Assembly: GCA_964408855.1 (NCBI GenBank)
Contig: CAYPBB010000003.1
Location: 45,892-109,891 of the forward strand
Origin: an uncultured Ectothiorhodospiraceae bacterium
GTDB taxonomy: Bacteria > Bacteroidota > Ignavibacteria > SZUA-365 > GCA-2699105
Reading direction: 5' to 3'
DNA length: 64,000 bases
Both the position numbers and the translations under genes were made by a program. Below the pieces are notes generated by a model that did not search any database, had not been told where the DNA came from, and saw nothing but the letters and a program-made list of their open reading frames with translations. Every line of letters begins with the position of its first letter. Position 1 is the stretch's first letter. Shown piece by piece: positions 57,363 through 64,000 of the stretch.

Positions 57363-58883
57363 ATGAAAACGTATTCATCTGTAATCATACTACTACTCAT
57401 CATTCTTGTCGCTCTAACGCAGGCACAACAACGGACCGTTCTTCACGCCGGCGACAGATACGCATTCGAACTCGTCGCTAAAACATCGACGGGCGATACG
57501 ATCAAGGACTGGAACGCAGTGGGTTATCCCGTACGGCTTTTCACCTTGCCATACGATGCCAATATCGATACCAGCATGCGAAGCTGGAGCGCCGATGCCG
57601 ACGCATATACCTGGGCGCGGGTTTACCACAACTCGCAGCCTATTGATATATGGGGAGTTACTAATTGGACTATCGAGCCTTCAAAGTTTGAAAACAGTGT
57701 ATGCCGTCTCGAGTTTGCCTGCTCGAAAGCCCTTTCCAATCTCGTTATCCATATTGCCGATACCAGTGCAAGAGTCAACTGCATCGCAGACACGCTCACC
57801 TTCCTTCCCGGTCCGGTGTCCCAACTGTCGCTGGAATTAACAAGTCATGTACCGGGAAGCAATGCTGTGTATGTAGAACGACCGTGCGAACTCATCCTCA
57901 CTCCCATGGACCGGTATTCGAATGAAACAAGCGATAGCATCAGTGTGCAATTTAGCGCCGCCATTCCCGATATATTCTCCGGTCAAACCCGGTATCACAA
58001 TTTTAATAGCGGTTATCCAGTCGTGATCGATAAGCGCACCGCATTGTATACATCGTTTCTCGCCGTCCACGAAGCTGCGTCGAACGATACATTGCAAAAG
58101 ATCACGGCAACCGGCATCGCGAATCCCGGTATTTCCGCGACCACAGGCGATTTCGAAATCCTGAGCCACCCGCCCACCGCATTCCGCCTGTTGACGCCCG
58201 TTAACCACGAACGCATTAGGTTGATCTCCTATTCAACACCGTTCTGGTTTACATGGGAAGAATCATCCGATCCTGTCCGCAATATTGCCGTAGGTCGATA
58301 TACCGGTGAACAATGCACCGATGCGGTAAAATACAAGGTCGTGTTTCTCGACAGCGCTACGTTGACAAAAACCGTAAAATTGGATTCCGATGAATTCGGC
58401 ATCTTGCCGCGTCTAAGTTTGACCCATGGAACGCTCAATGGAATAACGGAACAAATAACCGGCGGCATAGCCCTGTACACAAATCTGTTTTGGTATGTTC
58501 TTGCTACCGACGGTATTTTCCCGGTAACAAACTCACTTGATTCGCAGTACACATATCGTGGCAGATACCTCATGGTAGACAAGGCTTATATTCCCATTCA
58601 TCCCACTCCGCCACCTCCCAAATCAATCCTTTTGGAAACATGCTACCCCAATCCTGTGTATGGTACATCGGCTTACCAATTCGAACTGCCTGAAGACGGA
58701 AATGTCACGATAAAAGTGTACGATAGCCACGGCGCTTGCGTACGTACGCTTGCAAATGACTATCTGCTAAAAGGATATTATCAATACGAATTGTTTTCGA
58801 GGGAATTAGGAGCCGGTGCATACATCATGGTGCTTCGTCTCAACGGCAATACAGTGCAACGCCGATTCATTGTCGCGAGATAA
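57363..58883 (+). CDS. T9SS C-terminal-domain cargo protein, paralog family (long form, divergent CTD)
   Basis: Signal peptide (VIILLLIILVALTQAQ). It has a homologous N-domain (…DTSMRSWSADADAYTWA) and middle domain (ILTPMDRYSN...THG...WYVLATDG), but a divergent C-terminal beta-sandwich sorting domain (…CYPNPVYGTSAYQFELPEDGNVTIKVYDSHGACVRTLAN...). Confidence 0.75.
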   Translation: MKTYSSVIILLLIILVALTQAQQRTVLHAGDRYAFELVAKTSTGDTIKDWNAVGYPVRLFTLPYDANIDTSMRSWSADADAYTWARVYHNSQPIDIWGVTNWTIEPSKFENSVCRLEFACSKALSNLVIHIADTSARVNCIADTLTFLPGPVSQLSLELTSHVPGSNAVYVERPCELILTPMDRYSNETSDSISVQFSAAIPDIFSGQTRYHNFNSGYPVVIDKRTALYTSFLAVHEAASNDTLQKITATGIANPGISATTGDFEILSHPPTAFRLLTPVNHERIRLISYSTPFWFTWEESSDPVRNIAVGRYTGEQCTDAVKYKVVFLDSATLTKTVKLDSDEFGILPRLSLTHGTLNGITEQITGGIALYTNLFWYVLATDGIFPVTNSLDSQYTYRGRYLMVDKAYIPIHPTPPPPKSILLETCYPNPVYGTSAYQFELPEDGNVTIKVYDSHGACVRTLANDYLLKGYYQYELFSRELGAGAYIMVLRLNGNTVQRRFIVAR

Positions 58884-58941
58884 TCTTGTACAACAATAAA
58901 GCACAGCAATTGCTGTGCCTTTTGCGTTACAACAAGTAATT

Positions 58942-59658
58942 CTATAATCCGCCGAGCAACGGCTGTACGTATATATCTTCCACCATCACGTCGCCCGGCG
59001 CTTCGATTGCATAGCGAATGGTGTTGGCAATATTTACCGGCGACATCATTTTGTCGGCATGTTTCTCCAATATCTGTTCGGGCCAGATGTTGGTATGCGT
59101 CGGTCCGGGAAAGATGGAGATGAGGCGGATACCTTTCTTGCGCAATTCCAGCCGCATACAGTCGGTCATCGCTTTCAGTCCAGCTTTCGTGGCTGCGTAT
59201 ATCGAACTGTCGCGGTATGCGGTTTCGGCTGCGATTGAATTCACCATCACGATGGTGCCGCGCTGCCGTTCTATCATGAGCGGCAGAACCGCCTGCGCGC
59301 AAAGAAACGCGCCGCGCAGGTTCACGCCGTACAACCGGTCCAGCTCCGCGACGGGGGTATCCATGAACTGCCTGAAAATCGTCGTGCCGGCATTGTTCAC
59401 CAATACGTCGACGGGACCGAATTCGCTTTGTATAAACTCCGCCGCCGTGCCGACCTGCTGCTCGTCCGTGACGTCGCACGGCAATGCATAAATATTGCTT
59501 TCATATTCCCCCGCTTCGCTTTTCAGATCCCTGAGGGTTTGCTCTCTGCGCGCGCTCGCAATCACGGCGTAGCCGTGACGGGCAAGCGTAAGGACCGTTT
59601 CTTTACCGATGCCCGATCCCGCGCCAGTGATCCAGGCAATGTTTCCAGCTTCTGACAT
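58942..59658 (-). CDS. SDR family oxidoreductase (candidate sepiapterin/pteridine reductase-like)
   Basis: TGAGSGIGKET, NNAG, and catalytic S...YAATK. It lies immediately downstream of folE and PTPS on the same strand. Confidence 0.75.
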   Translation of the reverse strand: MSEAGNIAWITGAGSGIGKETVLTLARHGYAVIASARREQTLRDLKSEAGEYESNIYALPCDVTDEQQVGTAAEFIQSEFGPVDVLVNNAGTTIFRQFMDTPVAELDRLYGVNLRGAFLCAQAVLPLMIERQRGTIVMVNSIAAETAYRDSSIYAATKAGLKAMTDCMRLELRKKGIRLISIFPGPTHTNIWPEQILEKHADKMMSPVNIANTIRYAIEAPGDVMVEDIYVQPLLGGL

Positions 59659-59683
59659 GTGGGTTATCCGTGTATCGTTTCAG

Positions 59684-60304
59684 TTATCGAGTATAGTTCG
59701 TGTTGATAAGACGCAGGAATTCGTCGCGCGTTTTTTCGCTCGTGCTGAACGCGCCGAGCATCGCGCTTGTGGTTGTAATCGAATTCTGCTTTTGCACACC
59801 GCGCATCATCATGCACATGTGATGCCCTTCAACAACGACAGCCACGCCGAGCGGTTTGAGCACCTTCATCAGCGACTCGCCGATTTGCTGCGTCATGCGT
59901 TCCTGAACCTGCAGGCGGCGTGCATACATATCCACGATGCGCGGCAACTTGCTCAGTCCGATAATTCTTCCGTTCGGGATATAGGCGACATGCGCGCGTC
60001 CGAAGAACGGCAGCATATGGTGTTCGCACAACGAGTAGAAATCGATATCCTTGACGATGACCATCTCGTTATAGTCCTCTTCGAACACCGCGCCGTTGAT
60101 GATTTCTTCGAGATTCTGCGTGTAGCCGTCGGTGAGAAATTCGTAAGCTTTCGCGACGCGCAACGGGGTTTTTTGCAGACCCTGACGCGCCGGGTCCTCG
60201 CCGATCTCTACGAGAAGGTCGTGTACAAGCCGTTCAACCTTCGAAGGCGTTCCGTTTCCGTTCACCTTGTTCAGCACTTCCAGATCGTCCATCGTTCTTT
60301 TCAT
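59684..60304 (-). CDS. folE: GTP cyclohydrolase I
   Basis: 206 aa with FolE motifs (...[58 protein letters not shown]...[14 protein letters not shown]). Confidence 0.85.
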   Translation of the reverse strand: MKRTMDDLEVLNKVNGNGTPSKVERLVHDLLVEIGEDPARQGLQKTPLRVAKAYEFLTDGYTQNLEEIINGAVFEEDYNEMVIVKDIDFYSLCEHHMLPFFGRAHVAYIPNGRIIGLSKLPRIVDMYARRLQVQERMTQQIGESLMKVLKPLGVAVVVEGHHMCMMMRGVQKQNSITTTSAMLGAFSTSEKTRDEFLRLINTNYTR

Positions 60305-60307
60305 GGG

Positions 60308-60712
60308 TTATCCTCTATATTCAACTATATTTTTTTCCGTTTCATATAATCTGATCGAATGCAGTCTTCCCGAGGGTATATGATCAATGAGCTGATTCCA
60401 GATTCCAATGGCGATGTTCTCCGCGGTGGGAATTATTCCCCGGAGGAAATCGACATCCTCGTTCAGGTATTTGTGATCGACTTTGAGTAGTACATGCGTG
60501 TAGATGATCGATTTCAACTCTTTCAGATCGACGACATATCCTGTTTCCGGATCGACCTCTCCGGCAACCGTCACTTCGACATAATAGTTATGTCCGTGAC
60601 CGGCTTTATTGTTACATTTGCCGAACACCCGTTCGTTTTCCTCATCGCTCCAGGCGGGATTATACAACCGGTGCGCGGCGCTGAAATGTTCTTTTCTCGT
60701 GACGTAAACCAT
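60308..60712 (-). CDS. 6-pyruvoyl-tetrahydropterin synthase / 6-carboxytetrahydropterin synthase family (PTPS/QueD)
   Basis: 134 aa with the Cx5HGH zinc/catalytic motif (FGKCNNKAGHGHNYYVEV) and a PTPS T-fold. Confidence 0.8.
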   Translation of the reverse strand: MVYVTRKEHFSAAHRLYNPAWSDEENERVFGKCNNKAGHGHNYYVEVTVAGEVDPETGYVVDLKELKSIIYTHVLLKVDHKYLNEDVDFLRGIIPTAENIAIGIWNQLIDHIPSGRLHSIRLYETEKNIVEYRG

Positions 60713-60764
60713 ACGATCCTACTTTGCCGATACAGCAACCTGTAATGTACAAAAAAACCCGTCG

Positions 60765-61229
60765 TCAGACGAGCTTTTTCGCTTCTTCCATCACCTCGGC
60801 TGCGTGCCCGGCAACCTTGACCTTGTCCCAAACCTTTACGACGATGCCGTTTTTATCGATAAGGAAGGTAGTCCGTACGATGCCGAGGAAGGTCTTCCCG
60901 TAGAGTTTTTTCTGTTGCCAGACGCCGTAACGCTCCAGCGTTTCTTTGCTCTCGTCGCTGAGCAGCGGGAACGGCAGCCCATGCTTTGCGCTGAATTTCC
61001 CATGCGATGCGATGCTGTCGGCGCTCACTCCCAACACCTTCACGCCGATTTTTTCGAATTCCGGATGCCAGTCGCGGAAATCGCACGCTTCGGTCGTGCA
61101 TCCCGGCGTGCTATCTTTCGGATAAAAGTAGAGTACGACCGGATTGCCTTTCAGCGATGAAAGCGTAACCTCGGTCCCGTCGGTCGAAGGCAGGCTGAAT
61201 TCGGGCGCCTGCGAACCTGGTGTAATCAT
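60765..61229 (-). CDS. bcp: thioredoxin-dependent peroxiredoxin Bcp
   Basis: The ORF extends to 61436. The likely start is the ATG at 61229 (MITPGSQAPEFSLPSTDG...). The Prx active site is FYPKDSTPGCTTEAC. Confidence 0.8.
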   Translation of the reverse strand: MITPGSQAPEFSLPSTDGTEVTLSSLKGNPVVLYFYPKDSTPGCTTEACDFRDWHPEFEKIGVKVLGVSADSIASHGKFSAKHGLPFPLLSDESKETLERYGVWQQKKLYGKTFLGIVRTTFLIDKNGIVVKVWDKVKVAGHAAEVMEEAKKLV

Positions 61230-61333
61230 CAAACGAAATCCTTTTGTGATAGCCAAGAATTGATGGTCGCGAGATGCAGACCTTCGTTCAGAATGTTGGT
61301 GTGCGCGATCACGCCCTGGCAAGCGGCGGTTTG

Positions 61334-61672
61334 TCAGTAGGTCGGGATTCCAGGATCGACAGTGCGCGACCAGGCATCGATACCTCCCGTGAGATTGATA
61401 ACGGTCCGAAAGCCTTCCTTTTCGAGAAGCCGGCACGCAAAAAAGCTGCGGCTACCGTGATGGCAAACCACCAGGGTAACCGCATTCTTTACGAGTTCGT
61501 TGAACTTCAGCGGAAGAATGGAGAGCGGTATGTTCACCGAGCCTTCAATCTTCCCGATTTGAAATTCCCAGGTTTCCCGGACGTCGACAATCTGCACATT
61601 ATCCGCGGCAAGCAATTCCTTTGCCTCGGCGGGCGTGTATGATAAATATCCTTCCCTGAGTTCCTGGTTCAT
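61334..61672 (-). CDS. rhodanese-like sulfurtransferase domain protein
   Basis: 112 aa single rhodanese domain with active-site Cys (LVVCHHGSRSFFACRLL). Confidence 0.8.
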   Translation of the reverse strand: MNQELREGYLSYTPAEAKELLAADNVQIVDVRETWEFQIGKIEGSVNIPLSILPLKFNELVKNAVTLVVCHHGSRSFFACRLLEKEGFRTVINLTGGIDAWSRTVDPGIPTY

Positions 61673-61695
61673 ATGATCGTGCGCCGGGTTTGCGG

Positions 61696-62157
61696 TTAGA
61701 ATTTCTTCAGTTCTTCCTTGATCGCAGCATAATCGGGTTCGACGCCGGGATTATCGCTGATCCACTGGTAACGTACCGTGTTATCTGCGTCGAGAACGAA
61801 CACCGAACGCTTGGCGGCGGTGTAGCCGGGCATGCCGGCGAAATCGTTCATTGCAATACCGTATGCATTGACTGTTTCGCGCTGATAATCAGACAGGACG
61901 GGAAATTCGAGACCGTTGCGTTGCGCGAAAGCGGCGTTCGAGAACGGCGCATCGACGCTGATCGCAATGACGTTGGCGTCGAGTTGGTTGAGTTCAGCCA
62001 TGCTGTCGCGGAAGGCGCACATTTCTTTTTCGCACACGCCGGTAAACGCCGCGGGGAAAAACGCCACGACTTTCTTGCCGGCAAAATCGTTCAATGATTG
62101 TTGCTTGCGCTCGGTATCGAGCAACGAAAATGCAGGAGCCTTGCTACCTACTTCCAT
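61696..62157 (-). CDS. peroxiredoxin (AhpC/TSA-redoxin family)
   Basis: 153 aa. FPAAFTGVCEKEMC contains the peroxidatic/resolving Cys pair. Confidence 0.75.
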   Translation of the reverse strand: MEVGSKAPAFSLLDTERKQQSLNDFAGKKVVAFFPAAFTGVCEKEMCAFRDSMAELNQLDANVIAISVDAPFSNAAFAQRNGLEFPVLSDYQRETVNAYGIAMNDFAGMPGYTAAKRSVFVLDADNTVRYQWISDNPGVEPDYAAIKEELKKF

Positions 62158-62198
62158 GTTCTTCTCCTAAAGATAAAATGATCTGAACGGATCCATTG

Positions 62199-62399
62199 CT
62201 ATGCAGCGACGACACCGCACTTCACGGTGACCTGAAATTCGAGTTCATTGTTTTCGGCGATTCTTCCTCGCGTTGCCGTTACTTCGAACCAGGATACTTT
62301 TCCCGATTTCGCGGCGACATTGATTGCGGTCTTCACCGCTTCTTCCACGCTTGCAGTCGAAACGCCGACGACTTCAATGTACTGATATGCTGCTGCCAT
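62199..62399 (-). CDS. dodecin family flavin-binding protein
   Basis: 66 aa (MAAAYQYIEVVGVSTASVEEAVKTAINVAAKSGKVSWFEVTATRGRIAENNELEFQVTVKCGVVAA). The dodecin beta-alpha-beta-beta pattern includes the W...E...RG core. Confidence 0.7.
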   Translation of the reverse strand: MAAAYQYIEVVGVSTASVEEAVKTAINVAAKSGKVSWFEVTATRGRIAENNELEFQVTVKCGVVAA

Positions 62400-62468
62400 G
62401 AAATTCCTCCTTATGAAACAATGATGATAACACTGCCCGTTCGTACTGCGTTCCTGCCGGAACGCGGT

Positions 62469-64000
62469 TTATTGCATTTTATAGTACTTTTCGACGTATT
62501 CCGATACCATCCTGTCGGTGTTGAATACCGGGATAAGGGTAACCATCGACCGGCGGAGCATCTGAATCCACTTTCTGGGAATGTCGTATTCGTCCCGGTC
62601 GTAGAATGCCGGGATGACCGATTCGGTCAACAATTTGTACAGGTTTTCCGTATCCAGATGGTCCTGCGCCTCCTGGTCTTCCAGATTGGAATCGTCGCCG
62701 ATAGCCCAGCCGTTCTCGCCGTTGTACCCTTCGCGCCACCATCCATCGAGGATGCTTAGATTCAGACCGCCGTGAATGAGGATTTTCATACCGCTTGTCC
62801 CGCTCGCCTCCATCGGACGCCGGGGGTTGTTCAGCCACACGTCCACGCCCGATATCATGTGCCTGGCGACGTTGATGTCGTAGTTTTCGAGGAACACTAC
62901 CTTGCCGAACAATGCGGGATTCTTCGTATAGCCGACGATTTCCTGAATGAACCGCTTGCCGCTGTCGTCGCGCGGATGCGCTTTCCCTGAAAAGACAAGC
63001 TGGACAGGCCGTTTCGAATCGTTTATGAGTTCAGCGATTCTTTGGAAATCCTTGAATATGAGCGGGGCGCGTTTGTACGTCGCGAAGCGCCTCGCGAATC
63101 CAATCGTTAATACATCGGGACTGAGGATATTATCCTGCACTTCCTTGTACTCATTTCCGTAGCGCTGGTATTGTTCGCGCTGTTTGCGGCGGGTGTATTC
63201 CACAAGGTCGCGGCGGCAACCGTACCGCAGCGCCCAGATATCTTCGTCGGGAACCAGCTCCGGATCGGCAACCTGCGCCCAGATCGCCTTATTCTTCAGA
63301 TAATACACCCATTTCACGCCGAGATGCTTGTGCCAGAATTCGCGGCTGCGGTTGGCCATCCAGCCGAGAAGGTGGACGCCGTTGGTAATATGTCCGATCG
63401 GCACCTCGTCCGCGCTCGAGACACTGTAGATATGCTGCCACATCTCGCGGCTCACTTTGCCGTGCAGTTCGCTGACGCCGTTCGCCGCGCGCGACATCCG
63501 CAGCGCCAACACAGTCATCGTAAACAGATCATCCAGTTTGGCTGGATCCTCCTTGCCGAATTCGATCACTTCATCCACTGTCATTTTCATGGATTTGATG
63601 AACTGTCCCAATTCGTACTCAATCAAATCGCGACTAAACCGGTCGTGACCGGCGGGCACAGGAGTATGCGTGGTAAAGACGCAGTGTTTCTTCACCCATT
63701 CCTGCGCATCCGCCTTTGGCGCGCCTGCAGCGAGTTGTTCCCGCAATAATTCCAGTGTCAAAAATGCGCTGTGTCCTTCATTCATGTGGTACACCGATGG
63801 ATCGATGCCCATCTTCCTGAGGAAACGCACTCCGCCAACCCCGAGCACAATTTCCTGCATGATGCGCGTCGTGCTGTCGCCGCCGTATACGCGGTTGGTA
63901 ATCTCCCGGTGATGCAGTTCGTTCTCCGGGTGATTGGTATCGAGCAGAAAAATGGTCGCTCTTCCTACATTCACTCGGTAGGCGCGAAACTTCACGATGT
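62469..64000 (-). CDS. alpha-glucan (glycogen/maltodextrin) phosphorylase family protein, GT35 (5' end probably outside window)
   Basis: The C-terminal ~510 aa carries GT35 motifs (NEGHSAFLTLELL...; FARRFATYKRAPLIF...; SGTSGMKILIHGGLNLSILDGWW, where SGT..MK is the PLP-Lys region). The reading frame runs to the window edge without an upstream stop. Confidence 0.75.
   Translation of the reverse strand, partial: IVKFRAYRVNVGRATIFLLDTNHPENELHHREITNRVYGGDSTTRIMQEIVLGVGGVRFLRKMGIDPSVYHMNEGHSAFLTLELLREQLAAGAPKADAQEWVKKHCVFTTHTPVPAGHDRFSRDLIEYELGQFIKSMKMTVDEVIEFGKEDPAKLDDLFTMTVLALRMSRAANGVSELHGKVSREMWQHIYSVSSADEVPIGHITNGVHLLGWMANRSREFWHKHLGVKWVYYLKNKAIWAQVADPELVPDEDIWALRYGCRRDLVEYTRRKQREQYQRYGNEYKEVQDNILSPDVLTIGFARRFATYKRAPLIFKDFQRIAELINDSKRPVQLVFSGKAHPRDDSGKRFIQEIVGYTKNPALFGKVVFLENYDINVARHMISGVDVWLNNPRRPMEASGTSGMKILIHGGLNLSILDGWWREGYNGENGWAIGDDSNLEDQEAQDHLDTENLYKLLTESVIPAFYDRDEYDIPRKWIQMLRRSMVTLIPVFNTDRMVSEYVEKYYKMQ

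Noticed and set aside
59609-60349. 246-aa plus-strand ORF over folE
   Set aside because: It is antisense to GTP cyclohydrolase I, which has clear motifs.
60308-60712. Calling the PTPS-family gene queD (queuosine pathway)
   Set aside because: The Cx5HGH motif does not discriminate QueD from PTPS, there are no queC/queE neighbours, and the adjacent SDR fits a BH4-like pathway equally well or better. I kept it at the family level.
63171-63749. 192-aa plus-strand ORF within glgP
   Set aside because: It is antisense to the GT35 phosphorylase.

Overview
This 64-kb window appears to come from an FCB-group bacterium (Ignavibacteria/Chlorobi/Bacteroidetes-like). The sequence is roughly 55-60% GC by eye. 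It carries six proteins with T9SS-type C-terminal sorting domains, a complete Bat/MoxR aerotolerance operon and sigma-54 regulation. It is gene-dense on both strands, and I saw no transposases, integrases, CRISPR arrays or rRNA. Ordered start to end, the contents are:
- a partial redoxin-like lipoprotein;
- a hybrid histidine kinase with REC and HPt-like domains;
- a 1594-aa C25 (gingipain-like) peptidase carrying a T9SS C-terminal domain;
- a three-gene archaic chaperone-usher-like pilus locus (DUF4402/SCPU-type subunit, chaperone, 1136-aa usher-like protein with a fused OmpA-like C-terminus), preceded by a 564-bp AT-rich leader containing GCAATT repeats and a near-consensus sigma-54 promoter;
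- a stand-alone CHASE sensor protein, tRNA-Gly(GCC), and a histidine kinase plus sigma-54-dependent (NtrC-type) response regulator pair;
- pyrF, a DUF971 protein, mfd, a hypothetical protein, and an acyl-CoA cluster (degenerate Hbd paralog, Hbd, IcmF-type fused B12 mutase, crotonase);
- two SPOR lipoproteins, deoC, an outer-membrane beta-barrel protein, and the eight-gene Bat/MoxR aerotolerance operon (moxR, DUF58, DUF4381-like, batA-E);
- an SDR, a DinB-like protein, msrB, an orphan radical-SAM/SPASM enzyme, an S12 serine hydrolase, an AlbA_2 regulator, tRNA-Ala(GGC), and a nucleoside salvage operon (tdk-nupC-PNP) followed by a secreted glycosidase-like protein;
- a tightly packed five-gene array of paralogous T9SS cargo proteins whose C-terminal-domain coding segments are near-identical DNA repeats;
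- an SDR-folE-PTPS pterin operon, a peroxide/sulfur stress cluster (Bcp, rhodanese, peroxiredoxin, dodecin) and a partial alpha-glucan phosphorylase.
The strongest candidates for a previously undescribed system are the OmpA-fused chaperone-usher pilus locus with its sigma-54/enhancer-like leader, and the five-gene T9SS cargo array. Coordinates for refined starts, tRNAs and terminators may be off by a base or two.
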